Of a DNA stretch of 64,000 nt, positions 48,861 to 60,727 are shown in pieces. This DNA comes from Lepidodermella squamata (taxonomy: Eukaryota; Animalia; Gastrotricha). The stretch lies in the NCBI GenBank assembly GCA_047495785.1, contig JBLDXI010000110.1, forward strand, positions 1-64,000, in the 5' to 3' direction. Position 1 is the first letter of the stretch; each line of letters starts with the position of its first letter. Made by a program: the position numbers and the translations under genes. The notes under the pieces were generated by a model, which worked only from the letters and a program-made list of their open reading frames with translations, had not been told where the DNA came from and made no database searches.

Positions 48861-50649
48861 CTTGTAGATTCAGTCAAAATTCAACCATCAACCGGCTCAC
48901 GTTCAACGACCATTTTCTGGAGTTCCTCTTCAATACTCTAATAATGCCTGGTCTCAGCAAATTACGAAGAAGCAGATTTTATCGGTGGCCCGTGTGCTGC
49001 GGTTGCTTTATGGTTTAGGCGACGGGTGTCGCTTCTGAGAGGCTGTTTTGACGTTTTTAGATAATAATTTTCAATTGTTGTCGGATTACACTGGATCTGC
49101 TTCCTAACTCGATCTGTTGCCGCCCGCATTTAGCCTACGCGCTACGTGCTAGGCTGGGTGATTGTTGAACTTTTTCGAGCAATAAAACAAAACATTCCTC
49201 CCGTGGTCGCGTTAGAAAATTTTTAGAATTTTTGCTGCGTACGCGATATCATCGAGGACCGTTTTAACTGTTTGCAATTCTCCTTCAATAGGATGAAGAA
49301 CGAAGCAGCACTTTATTCTTAAATCAAATTAAATTAAATTTTGTTCAAAATCTTGATCGCGTCGTGGATTTTTTAAACGCATTAGCGAAAAACATTCTTT
49401 AAAACCCGAAAATTGATTTGCTAGACTTACGAATAGTGGCAGTACTCAAGATGATCTTCGTCCCCAGTCGAATAAAATCATTATTGACGCTTAGCTCCAG
49501 TCCGAATTGAGCGCCATTTCAAATAGTTATTGAAGGAGTTGAGAATTAATGGCAAATCAGCGCGGCCCATCTTTCCAACAACGAGTTCCAAAATGACGTG
49601 AACATGTGGCAATTGATTAGATATCAAATAATGATACCCCATCACCTCGATTTAAGTTTCCTTCGAGTATCGCCCAGAATCAGAATCTGCTTCAGGTCTG
49701 GCGATGTTTACACCGATCCCAAGATAAGAATCGTAATTACCAGGAGCGAAGTTCGCTTGAAGTCGACCAATTGAAACGGTCAAACGCCAGCTGAAGGATA
49801 ATTGATCCACAAATTTCGACGGCAATATCCCTAATTTTAGAACAGTGAGAGCCGTGGCCGACAAAAAAATTCGAGTCGAAACTTGTGAGCATTAGAGGAA
49901 CGGTATAGTAACTAATTGATTTCCAGCTATGTGACTTGTAGCATAAGCCATTTTGACTCAGCTTTGCTTGAATCTTCCGGATGAATTCGCTGCCTGACAT
50001 TCCGTTGTTTTGCGCTTCTTGATATTTCGAGGAGACGACCAGTCAACACAGATCGTTGCTCCGATGAACGGATGAGATTCATTCTACGGCGACTGACCAG
50101 GGTCGAGAAAAACACATCACCGAGTTTCCAATATTACTTCAATGCCGAATTCGGAATTTCCATTTTCAACATCTTTAAATTCTAGAATCATATAACAGAA
50201 CAACTATAATATTTGCCGTAGAAAAGTTGATTCGCAAAGTTGCGAGGCAGCAAAATCAAACAGGTAACATTCTCTCGCGCCATTACTAGTCGTTGAAGCT
50301 CTGCCGCAACAAAATGTGCCGAATATGATGGGAAACTTTCGATCGGAGGCCGTCGAATTCCAACTTGATGAAAAACGATCAAATAATCTGTCGCACATTA
50401 TTTCTATTCTCAGGTTGCGCTCAAAAGAGTGATCACGATCATTCTGATCCGCTCCGGGTTGTTGCAACACAGCGTAGACCGATTACAATGGAGACATTGA
50501 AAGAGCATTTCAATTTGATCCACCCTACTTCATCCGGATCTCTTGTCGACAGGACACAGATATATTCGAGTTATTGCAGCAGAGCCTAAGTCGAGAATGA
50601 AGTCAGAAGTAATTGAGTTGCGAGTTTACAAGGCTGTTTAATACAGCTT

Positions 50650-52040
50650 TACATTCAGTTAGTAACATTATTAGCTAGGTACGAAGGGCGTGGTACCCGC
50701 TACCTGCATTTACTGTGGACAAATCCTCCGTGTTCCTCGAAACCCAGGCAGCTGTCGGCTAAAATATTACGCAGTACTTGGTATTCATTTTTCATGGCGA
50801 TGTTCCACTGCTCCATCGCTTTTTCGATTGTTTGGGAGCTGTAGCGACATTAGCGACTGGCGATTCAATTCCGTATTATGGGCATTCAATAGATCGGTGA
50901 TCGAGTGATTGTAGTTCCAAGCGCCAACCCGGTTGCAGATGGAGAAACAACATGATCAATGTATCCATTCACCATTGAGTCTTCAGCACTCCAATTAGGC
51001 TGATTATTATTTGATAAGCTTGGTTTCATGTTCCGCTCACATCGACAGCCGGTAGCTCAGCGTCTATAACACTCTTTCAGCATTGCAGCTGTTGACATCA
51101 GACACTGTAAAGCCCATTTCATTTCCTCAAGTGATAACTGGTCATTAATGATGACAACGACGAGAAATCCCGTGGAACTAAGGAGTTTCATGCGGGAACT
51201 CACGAGACATCAATTAAAAGGAGGTCCATGTGCAAGGTTGTGAGCAATGCATAGCTGGAGTGCACGCTTGATGGATGAGGGCCAACGAACACGCACTTCG
51301 CAGTCATCGGACCAAAAGAATTAAGCATTTGCCATTTCTCGTTAAACTTCAGATAAGTAATTAGTTGACAACCATTATACACAAAACACCAATTCAGAGG
51401 CGACTGGTTTCTTCCAAGTCCTAATATTCACCAGTAATGATCGCACAGTCAAAAATCCATCAATCCTTTTCCAGTATTGCATTGCTGCTGTTCGAAAAAC
51501 AGGTTTCGCGTCTTCAGTGTTGATAAAATCGCGCATGTTGCGATGTCATAAAATATAAAAAAAGCAGTGGTGGTGGTGGTCGATGGTAATTCCGTAATAT
51601 AGATCGGTACACAAGTAACATGTAACAAAGGCCAAGGTTGCCGCACCTAGCTTCAACGACATGGCCGACATAAATTCCTATTAGATAGATGAGCCGAGTA
51701 CGGTTGCAGCGACAATTTCCTTTGGGCTTCAGATCTGCGAAATATCTGCGAGGCAACGTGAGTAAAGAGGGTCGTAGATAATCCCTAGAAGCCTCCATTT
51801 GATGCAATGAAGCTCAGAACTTCGAAGTCTGGAGTTAACCATGGAGATGAAAGCTGATAAGAGCCCATATTTGCACAGGAGGCACAGGAGGCGCCGAAGG
51901 TGGACGGCGGAAGGAATTTTTTGCACCGTGTACTTCAAATCAGTGGGGTCAAAGCTCGCAAAATCTCGAGTCAACCGTCGGAGTATAAACTGGACAAAGG
52001 AGTCAACGCGTAATCGCTTAATTGGCTTTAAATCCAATTA
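50650..52040 (-). mobile_element. Possible highly decayed LINE remnant
   Basis: Only scattered weak motifs (FVQ....LTR; EQWNIAMKN..QVL). Confidence 0.3.
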
Positions 52041-53329
52041 GCTATTGTCGTGCCGGAGTAAATGAGTCCGTCGTCAACGTTTTGCCTCAATTGCTTCAAA
52101 TGAAAGAAACGATGCCGAGACACGAATGACGTATAACTAGTTCTGCGTTCTGCCACATAGCAGAAGTAAGTAGCAGTCGATAGAATAGCTTCACACTGGT
52201 CCAAGTGAACAGCCTAGGTCCCAACATCTAGCTTCCCCTTGAGTGGAGGTGATGATGATGATGACGGCTTTCCATCCCGTTCACGGTTTTGCCGCTTGCA
52301 CAGTAGAGGCACAAATTCTTTCGACTAGTTCTCGCCACCAGATTCTGTTGCTGTCCAGCTCCCCCAGATGGACGAGGTCTTTGTGGCAATTCACCGGAGG
52401 GCTGGGGAGCCAGGGCTGTCTCTTAGGTTGAGTTGAGGTACCATTTTGAACATATGAAGAAGCAGCGCGCGCAAGTTCAAAAAACGCCATGTCAAAGCTA
52501 TCAGCAGCAAATTTTAATAATGTAAAATTTCAGCAACAAAAAATTGTATAAATAAATTTTGTAAGTTAGTGATACAAGATTAAGTATTGTTTTGCCGCAT
52601 GTATTTTTGAAAAATGTTTCGGTTTTGAGTTTCGGTGACTCTGCTTACGTCGCCATCACCAAACCCAGCAAGCCAATGTCCCCCGTGTCCATCCACCGAC
52701 CTGAATAATTTCTCCTGCGGGTGCAAAAACACAGCGAAAGACTGCAACCAACACTGGTACATACCGTACCGTCATGATCGACAATGTCCGTCGGAATCTC
52801 AACCGGTTCTTACCCGACCGGAACCCCAACTCAATTAGGCTGTCGCTCGGCTTCATTCCGAAAACTTTACTCACTGATAATGGCGGCAAGACTTCTGCCG
52901 ATTCTCAACGCCTTTTCGACCGCGATGGGTTTGACTCTGAGGCTAACCGTGACTCCGCCTTCCGTGTTCACCGTCGTGGCCAGCCAGATCCTCAGGTTAT
53001 CTTTTAATGAGCAAAAAACGTTATTTTTCGCCGAACTCGTGCATCAAATCAATGCGATCAGCTCATGACTAGTCCGACACGTGACGCAGAGATTTTGGTT
53101 AAAGCCCCGGCGTCCTGGCACGTCTCGTCACGCAGGCAGGGCTCAGGGCTGGCTTATTTATTTAATCCGTTTGTAGAGCACGTTAGAAAGCTCAAGTATA
53201 GAAGGACAATGGATTCGTTAAGGTTTCATCAAACTGTACATAATCGGCTTGAAGTGCTTGTCCTTCCGCGACACGAACAATTGTTTACTGTGAGGGACGC
53301 CTGTCTGAACTGTTCGAGGAAAAAGAGGT

Positions 53330-54310
53330 TTCTACAGCCACCGTCTTCTCCGGCTTGAAAACGCTTTAGCTGAGCTCACAGGCCTTGTCCAGGCGATGAT
53401 GCGGCCGTCTCCTGCTCCCGCTACGGGCGAGCCTCCTGCTCTGGCTCGTCCTGCACGTCCAAGATAGACGTGCCGATGATCACCCGCAAACGGTTGTTCT
53501 GCAGAACGATGAAGTGCTTTTTCTGCGCATACGACGCGCCCAACCAGGTCACGCAAGAGTACTCCAGAACCGGCCTCACCATCGTCAAGTACAGCAGCTT
53601 CTGCGTCAAGCGCCACGCCAAGGTACTTCGCCGTTGCAACCTTCGGCAGCTTCTCGTTTCCAACGGACAGCCGGTCGTCGTCGTTGACTTGTCCTCCAAA
53701 CCGCGGCATTTGGCACTTCGGCTGGCCAAGCGGCAACTTCCAGAGTCGGCTCCACCAAGAAAACCGAATCAGTGCCGTCTGCACCCGCTGCTTCGTCATA
53801 CCCGTGAATCGAGCAAGCCACAGCAAACTAGCACGTCGTCAGCAAATTAGGCGATGAAGGCCTTGCGCTCGTCCCTGTTGTTATCCGGCATTAGGTCCGC
53901 TGTAAAAAGGCAAAGAGTATTGAGCTTTAATGAGGACCCTTGCCCCTTGCCCTTGAGGGAGCCCTGAGCCGATATCTGCCGTCTGACTGAAACAACTACG
54001 CACTTTTCGGCCAGTCAGGAAGGATGAGACCCGGCGCACCATAAGCCTTGGTACTGCGACGCACACGCGCGCAGGGAGTTGTGACCACCGCGTTGAAGGC
54101 GCCTTCGAAGTGCAGCAGTGCCGCGATCATCACCATCTTCGTTCGACGACGCCGTGCCATCGCTGTGGCCTGCGAGAATCGGAATGTTTGATCGCTCGTC
54201 GATCGGCGTACAGTAAAACCTGTTATCTCCAAGCTCGAAGGCTCACGGCGCGACTCGACCCCTTTTCGACTTCCAGGGAGATTCGAGATAGAGATAGACC
54301 GAAGAAAACA
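53330..54310 (-). mobile_element. Decayed LINE RT fragment
   Basis: RRSTSDQ, LHFEGAFNAV, SSFLTGR, GLPQG, FADDV, KYLGVALD, VRPVLEYSC..W. Confidence 0.85.
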
Positions 54311-54368
54311 TAGGAAATCATGAGACGTAGCTACTCATGAAATAGCCCCACGCGTTTATTTCATCGGC

Positions 54369-54538
54369 AATTACAAACTGACGGCCTGACGACACTTGAA
54401 AGTGACGGAGAAACTCCCCGTATTTTATGCGTCCTCTCTTATCCTCCTTGACGTTATTTTACGCGCATTACCTCCTTGACGTTCGTACGGACGGATGGAC
54501 GAAACTCGCTCCACGACAACGGGGAGTTTCCCCGTCAT
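54369..54538 (-). mobile_element. Short (about 170 bp) member of the same HINE-like family
   Basis: Inverted repeats TGACGGAGAAACTCCCCG and CGGGGAGTTTCCCCGTCA (17/18), GGAC/GGAT repeats, and the shared TCCTCCTTGACG motif. Confidence 0.75.
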
Positions 54539-54940
54539 TGGTTTCAAAACGATAATCAATACAATCAATATTTTAATGTAAAGGGAATGACCTGGTTCGC
54601 TATGAGCTATTAAACTGAGAATATGCCAAAAAAAATAATAAGTTGAGATTAAAAGACTGAATTAACCGAGACTGAACACTTTATTCCTTATTTACAGCAG
54701 TTTAAATAGAGCTAACTCCCGCCATTATTATTCATAATAACAATCACTCCACGCGATCTCCGAAGCACGCGATCTTGGTCAGGGTGAGAAAATACGCTTG
54801 GCTAGAGACCAACCTCACATAATGAATGCTAGCGCTGGATTTAAAATAGTGGGTGATGCTAGGCTGCCTAAGGCAAGCTGCGCGCTTTTGGTGAATTTGA
54901 TTTTCACGTGAGAGTATCGCCCAGCTGAATTCCGGAAGGA

Positions 54941-55555
54941 TTAGATAAGCGCTGTATCAATCGCTGTCAAAGCGTCATCGAGCGTAGGCGGCTCGAGAAC
55001 AGGAACGCCGTCTATTGTCTCTTCGAGCACTTCGATAGCCCCAGCGTTTTCCGCGACGCTTTGAGCGGCTTCTTCTTTTCGACGTTCGAGCACGAAACGC
55101 GCGACATCGTCAGCGGTTTGACCTTCGGGTTCGTAATGAACTGGCAAATCATGGTCGAAGTCGACGTTTTCAAGATTTAAATCACCGGAAATCGCGGTCC
55201 TTAATTGATCGAGGCCAACTACAAGGCTTGACAGCAGGATTTCGTCCTCAGCAGCTGACTGGCGGGCGATATGCCGCTTTTCGTAAAACACTTTACGAAT
55301 GTTTCCTGCCTGATCAAATTCCACGACGCATTTATCCAGTTTACGGCGTCGTAAAGTGATCCTTTTCTTGAAATCCGAAGCCGTCTCGAAGCTGTCGATG
55401 CGAGAAACTCGGCGCTGAAGCAAACACTTGTGAAAGTGCAATTTACCATTGTGAATAAGGCCTTGGTCGAACGGCTGGGCTTCACACTTGTGGAATTAGG
55501 AGGCAAAAACACCAGATTGATGTTCGACATTTCAATTTCGACAATTCAACTGTCG
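54941..55555 (-). pseudogene. pogo/Tigger DDE transposase C-terminal fragment
   Basis: SNINLVFLPPNSTSV/QPFDQGLI...KLHF...AVNWINASWNLI..ETFVKCF.KSGI across frameshifts. Confidence 0.85.
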
Positions 55556-55562
55556 GAAAAAG

Positions 55563-55790
55563 CTACACGGGACGGTAAACTGACCGTTTCGACAAGTTCT
55601 TCCCTGACCTCGGAAGCGGGACAATTACTGCCACCTTCCACCTCTCCGACACGAACCCACAAGCCAGGCTTGTACAAATGCCGCAAATAAGCCCAAAGCA
55701 CTGGAGCGCCTTCCTGATGAGAACGCTCGAGATCTCATCGCGCCCTAGAGCCTTGAGATTCAAACGCCGCACCGCGCTTCTCATGAGATT
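55563..55790 (-). mobile_element. LINE ORF2 pre-RT fragment
   Basis: KALGRDEIS...WKVAVIVPLPRSGK......YRPV. Confidence 0.75.
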
Positions 55791-55918
55791 ATTACTTTCA
55801 CGTGAATTTCGATCGGGTTAAAACAATTCCCGATCTTCTCGAACAACCCTCTCCTTGATCTCCGTGATGTGCCTTGATCTCCGCATCTTTCTCGACCTTA
55901 GAGTTAAGGTTCAACTGA

Positions 55919-56161
55919 GAAAAACGGTGGCTTGCCAAATCATGCGGTTGTGATGGAGAAGTTCAGAAGAATGAACTATCGATACTCATTTGTGCGACGT
56001 GTGCGTGCTGCGGGGAATGACGGGGAACACCCCGTTTTTTAAGCGGGCACTCATAACTCACTCATACCGCCGCACGCAAACGTCGCACAAATGAATATCG
56101 ATAGTTCATTCTTCTGAACTTCTCCATCACAACCGCATGATTTGGCAAGCCACCGTTTTTC
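55919..56161. repeat. About 100-bp inverted duplication of the CR1 ORF2 3' end with a 41-nt spacer
   Basis: 55919-56020 is the reverse complement of 56062-56161, with 1 mismatch in the outer 82 bp. Confidence 0.92.
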
Positions 56162-58818
56162 GATATAGTGAAGAAACGAGAAAATTGTTCGTCCACCATA
56201 TTCAGATAAAGCTTATGGCAGAGAGCTAGATCGTGCAGAAAACGACGCATCTCTAAGGATAACATTCCTAATTTCCCAAGTCTTTCTTCATATGAGGCAC
56301 CTTCAATTGTCGAGTAGTATGAGCTGCAATATAATAATCTTTTCGTGAAACGGGCTTGTACAGATTCTAATGCCTGAATATCCTTGAGCAGATATGGAGA
56401 GTACACAGAAGGGCAGTAGTCGAGTCTTGACATTGTGTAGGTCTTATAAGCCTTGAGGCGAAGGGATTTGGAACTAAATGATTTACAGATTAGGCCGTTC
56501 ATACGATGGCACTTTAATGCGAGTGCTTCACAATGCTCAGAAAAATTCAAATCCTTGTCAACAATTATTCCAAGATCCTTCACAGATTCAACGACATTTA
56601 GTTCGACACCTTTTATCCTGAATTTAAAGGAGAGACCTCTGCTACCAAGCCAAAGTACAACACACTTCTTTGAATTCACGGATAGGCCGTTTTCTTCAAA
56701 CCATTCGATGATTTTGTCCAGGTCCCGCTGCAACTCAATGCAATCGGCTAGGCTGCGAATGGCGTGGTAGAGCTTCGTGTCATCTGCGAAGAATTTTGCA
56801 AGGGACGTCTTGATCAGCTCATTGACATCGGCAGTAAAAATCAGGAAAAGCAGTGGGCCCAAAACCGAGCCCTGAGGCACGCCAGAGGTAACAGATGACC
56901 AGTCCGAGACGCTTGAGTTAACAACAGTTCTGAAGAAACGATCGGAAAGGAAGGCTTTAATCCAATCGTGAAGCTTGCCACATATGTTGATATCGCGTAG
57001 CTTAGACAGTAATAAAACAATCGGAACAACGTCAAAGGCTTTTGATAGATCGAGATATATCACTATTATATCCAGCATCTGGTTGAGAATTTTCAGCCAG
57101 TCTGCTATGCATGATAGTAGTTGCGTTTCGCAACTTCGACGGGATAAGAAGCCGTACTGGTTTTTAGAGATCAGGTTATTTCTGTATAGATATAGGAGAA
57201 GATGTTCCTTAACAATGGTTTCCTGCGTTTTACAAAGAATACAAGTCAGACTAATTGGGCGATAGTTTCCAGCACATGAAGCATCACCGTTACGCTTGAA
57301 AATTGGTGTAACATTGGCGTGTTTCCAAACTAAGGGTATTTCCCCACTGTTTAACGAGAGGCTGAAAATGAAAGCAACAGGAATCGATATAGAACAAGCA
57401 AGTTTCTTAATTAGAACCGCCGGTAGATTATCAGGCCCGCCTATTGGCTTTTCTTTCATTCCACACAACACAGCATAAACACACTCGGGCGAAAATTCAA
57501 TATTCTGCAAACAATCCGATACAGCCTTGAAATTACTAGTAGGCTCAAATTTTTCTTTGTTATACGCACCAGCAAACTGTTTCCTGAAAACTTCAGCCTT
57601 TTCCGAGTCGCTAACAATTGGTTCGTTTTCATACACGATGGCAGGTATAGCAGGACGAGAGCTAAATCGAAGCGAGAAGTAGTTGTATAAATCATTAATT
57701 TCACTATTTGACAGTAGATTGTCTTCATAACTACGCCGGGCCTTACGGTTTTCGGTGTCGTAAAGGCTACTGGCAGTTTTGTAGCGAACATAGTCAGATG
57801 ATGTTTTCCCATTTTTTACCCAATTGGCAAACAAACGACTTTTACGGTTAGATAGCCGCACAAGTTCAGAGGACATCCACGGCATTCGACGCTTCTTTCG
57901 TTTGCGCGATTTACGCCGAGGTACAAACAGCAAGATTCCTTTATAAAGAGCATGAAGAAAACGAGTATAGCAAAGGTCCACAGATAGATTAGCGAATGTC
58001 TCTATCCAGTTAATAGAATCCAGGTAGTAAGAGAAACTGACGTAGTCACATTTGTTAAAGCAGAATACGCTTTTTATCGTTGATTTTTTCTCGACAGCGG
58101 AGAGACGAATATTAATCCTGAATTGTACTACATTGTGATCACATTTCAAAGCAAGCGGCTCAAGAACTTCAACATTAGAAATTATATTAGCTCTGTTAGA
58201 TATTACCAGGTCAAGAATATTATCACCTCTAGTCGGTTTGTCGACGTATTGTATTAAGGCATTAGTCACCATGAAGTCAGCGAATGATGTATAAAGAAAT
58301 TTACCCGGATTCCTAAAAGCAACCCAGTCGAATTCTGGTAAATTAAAGTCACCGATTAGCACGCATATGATGTTAGTATTTAACTGGGACTGAAGATATT
58401 CAACGAGATTAGTGATTGAATTAGTCGGAGAATTAGGTGAACGGTAAACAGCGATGATGCGCAAGGCAACACCATCAACTAAACACTGACAAGTAACACA
58501 TTCAATAAATCCATCATACGAGTAGCTGCTTAGTTTACGTGGATTAAGTGATTTGTGGATGAAGCACGCAGACCCACCACTTTTCAACAGAACTCTATCC
58601 TGCGTGAACGATATATAGCCAAGATTTTCCAACGTATTTACATTTCTATTGTCATTTGTAAAGCCTGATTCCACGACTACAATGATCAGCGGAATAATCT
58701 CAGATATTTTGGATAGCAACTTATCGATCTTATTATTTAGCGAATTGGCATTACAGTAGAAAACTGGAAGGTATGGTTGTATTTGATGCTGCTCTTCCCC
58801 AGTGGGGGCGCCAATGAC
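56062..58818 (-). CDS. CR1-like ORF2: AP endonuclease plus reverse transcriptase
   Basis: FYCNANSLNNK, YRSP, GDFN, PTRGDNILDL, CDH; YRPISLT, YLDLSKAFD, GVPQGSVLGPLLF, FADDTK, DLGI. More than 900 codons open. Confidence 0.93.
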   Translation of the reverse strand, partial: VIGAPTGEEQHQIQPYLPVFYCNANSLNNKIDKLLSKISEIIPLIIVVVESGFTNDNRNVNTLENLGYISFTQDRVLLKSGGSACFIHKSLNPRKLSSYSYDGFIECVTCQCLVDGVALRIIAVYRSPNSPTNSITNLVEYLQSQLNTNIICVLIGDFNLPEFDWVAFRNPGKFLYTSFADFMVTNALIQYVDKPTRGDNILDLVISNRANIISNVEVLEPLALKCDHNVVQFRINIRLSAVEKKSTIKSVFCFNKCDYVSFSYYLDSINWIETFANLSVDLCYTRFLHALYKGILLFVPRRKSRKRKKRRMPWMSSELVRLSNRKSRLFANWVKNGKTSSDYVRYKTASSLYDTENRKARRSYEDNLLSNSEINDLYNYFSLRFSSRPAIPAIVYENEPIVSDSEKAEVFRKQFAGAYNKEKFEPTSNFKAVSDCLQNIEFSPECVYAVLCGMKEKPIGGPDNLPAVLIKKLACSISIPVAFIFSLSLNSGEIPLVWKHANVTPIFKRNGDASCAGNYRPISLTCILCKTQETIVKEHLLLYLYRNNLISKNQYGFLSRRSCETQLLSCIADWLKILNQMLDIIVIYLDLSKAFDVVPIVLLLSKLRDINICGKLHDWIKAFLSDRFFRTVVNSSVSDWSSVTSGVPQGSVLGPLLFLIFTADVNELIKTSLAKFFADDTKLYHAIRSLADCIELQRDLDKIIEWFEENGLSVNSKKCVVLWLGSRGLSFKFRIKGVELNVVESVKDLGIIVDKDLNFSEHCEALALKCHRMNGLICKSFSSKSLRLKAYKTYTMSRLDYCPSVYSPYLLKDIQALESVQARFTKRLLYCSSYYSTIEGASYEERLGKLGMLSLEMRRFLHDLALCHKLYLNMVDEQFSRFFTISKNGGLPNHAVVMEKFRRMNYRYSFVRRLRAAV

Positions 58819-59496
58819 CTATTCACGGAAGATTTCAGAAAACATAAGCGAGTCACATATATTCACGTGCGAGTCAAGAAGGTGTATGAATTTCTCATAC
58901 GATGGCGCAGATTTTTTTACGACCATCTCTTGTTTTTCAAGCATCCTTTCAAACTTCATATTAAAGTCAGTACAAAATGTCTCGAAGCTCGGGGCTAATG
59001 ATGGCTGATAATTTTTGCTGGTCTTTGCCGGACGATATTCGCAGACTTGAGCTACACTTGGCATAACTGAAAGGAGATGGTGAGAGAACGAGGGCGTTTC
59101 AGGAGGCTTGTCAACTTGTTTATCGCATCCGCAGAAATAACCCACATTACTGTCTATTTTAGCAATCAATATCAACACATTTTTGGGCAATTTCGAACAT
59201 TCCGAGTGGACACTACAGCCGCATAGCCGACATGCGATAGCCGATTGGAAATTTTTAATCCCACAGTCACATTTAACACACATGGATTTCTTTTGGTTAT
59301 CGAACCCTGATATTGCTTCGAAGTCCTTCACGTTGATCGATGTCTGTCCATACGGCAGGTTAAGACGATTGAGTAGCACTGTCGGTACCAGCTTGTTGCT
59401 GTCTGCACGTGCTGACGTTTCGTTTGCCCTGGAGGTCGGTGCTTTACTAGCGCGTGCCGCTCTAGTGCTGTTTTGCTGGCTGGCACGCGTTGACAT
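58819..59496 (-). CDS. CR1-like ORF1 with a PHD finger
   Basis: CVKC...IACRLCGCSVHSEC...YFCGC. Confidence 0.8.
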   Translation of the reverse strand: MSTRASQQNSTRAARASKAPTSRANETSARADSNKLVPTVLLNRLNLPYGQTSINVKDFEAISGFDNQKKSMCVKCDCGIKNFQSAIACRLCGCSVHSECSKLPKNVLILIAKIDSNVGYFCGCDKQVDKPPETPSFSHHLLSVMPSVAQVCEYRPAKTSKNYQPSLAPSFETFCTDFNMKFERMLEKQEMVVKKSAPSYEKFIHLLDSHVNICDSLMFSEIFRE

Positions 59497-59977
59497 GATG
59501 GTGTGGTAGGTTGAAGTCCGGAAAATTTCAAATTTCAAATTCAAAACTTGGAATTTGGACCCTTGACCGGGCACGGAAAGCGGCTTGTCGATGCCCGGTT
59601 AGTGAAAATAGGCGATTGGTAAAAAAAACAGGTAATACTTGCTTTTTGGTGACGCGGTGCAGTCGGCGAGAGTCAGTTGCAGTCCAACGCCAGAGCCACC
59701 ACGACACAGACGGATTGGATAAAAATGTTCAATAGTAATTTAACCGTGCTAGCGCTGTCGAAACCGGGTGTTAGGAAACCCGGTACGCACTACACGTCTC
59801 CTATCTTAGAATTCGAAAATCGATACGCAGATATTTCGACTATATGTCAGATATTTCTGGACTACTAGAAGCATTGTCTGTGAACTAGAACAATATATGC
59901 TGTTTCAGGGGTGAGGCGCATCGGCCCTTTTTAGTTGCTAAACGTCGCGAGACAAAATGCAAAAATAAATCAGTGTA

Positions 59978-60470
59978 TCAGTGTATCAGTGAGACTTGTA
60001 GTAATCGCGGGGAACAACTCGGCTCGGTCAGGGTACGGATCGTCGGTCCTGGTGTCGACCCACTCTCTGCTGTGATCTCACGAAACGCCCCTGAATCTAC
60101 CCTTCTACACTTTTCCATCCGCTGGAGATTACGCGTGTGCTTGCGTTCCTCAGCTAGGGCTGCTAGTTCCTTGAAAAGAGCGTAGAACGCATCCGCCCTG
60201 GATCGATACTCAAGATTTCCCGTCGTAGAACGGTACTGGAGCAACGCTCTATGTCGGTGCTCGACCAACGCAGCCATCTGCGGAGTCGAACTATACTTCT
60301 TCAACTGCATCGCTAAAACTATTGGAACTGCCCTATCTCTGGACTCCTGGATGGCCTTGCAGATCTCACAAATGAACCTTGCTACCTCTTCTTTGCGTGC
60401 GCTATCGTAGGCTGCTGACTCTTCAGCAGCTTATTTTCAAAACGGTCTGATAGAACCTTTCGTTGTTCAT
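59978..60470 (-). CDS. Unknown antisense ORF in or next to the Gypsy 5' LTR
   Basis: 150 open codons from 60430 to 59978. A 1-nt shift near 60431 would join it to the ATG at 60470 (MNNERFYQTVLKI). Confidence 0.4.
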
Positions 60471-60712
60471 CTTTGTAAGGGTGAATAACCTTTGCCCTCG
60501 GCCGTCGCCATGTGAACGCGTGCGGCCTGAGTCACACTGGGGCGGCGCCCGCTGCGCCCGGCGACACGCGCCCAGTGGGCCTTTATTAACCCTGACCAAA
60601 CGTCAGTTGGGTGGATTTGCATTCGCAATAAACTAGCTATTGGAAGAACCACGCCTTATTGTTATAATAAAGAGTATCATCTCGGTCGTTATTTACTAGA
60701 GTACCGTCTCAT

Positions 60713-60727
60713 TGGCGCCGAGACCTG
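60713..60727 (+). promoter_or_regulatory. Primer-binding site (primer tRNA uncertain, Phe-like)
   Basis: TGGCGCCGAGACCTG, 1 nt after the LTR CA end. Confidence 0.65.

Larger units (their letters stand above)
56062..59700 (-). mobile_element. Near full-length CR1-clade LINE (3' UTR missing, 5' boundary approximate)
   Basis: PHD-containing ORF1 followed by an uninterrupted APE+RT ORF2. Confidence 0.88.

Noticed and set aside
49500-50600. Possible decayed coding fragments
   Set aside because: Multiple stops in all frames and no identifiable domain.
54941-55555. DDE fragment as the missing catalytic part of the OTU-bearing element
   Set aside because: It is 40 kb away, Tigger-like, and lacks the GTACAATTTTGGAC terminal motif, so nothing links the two.
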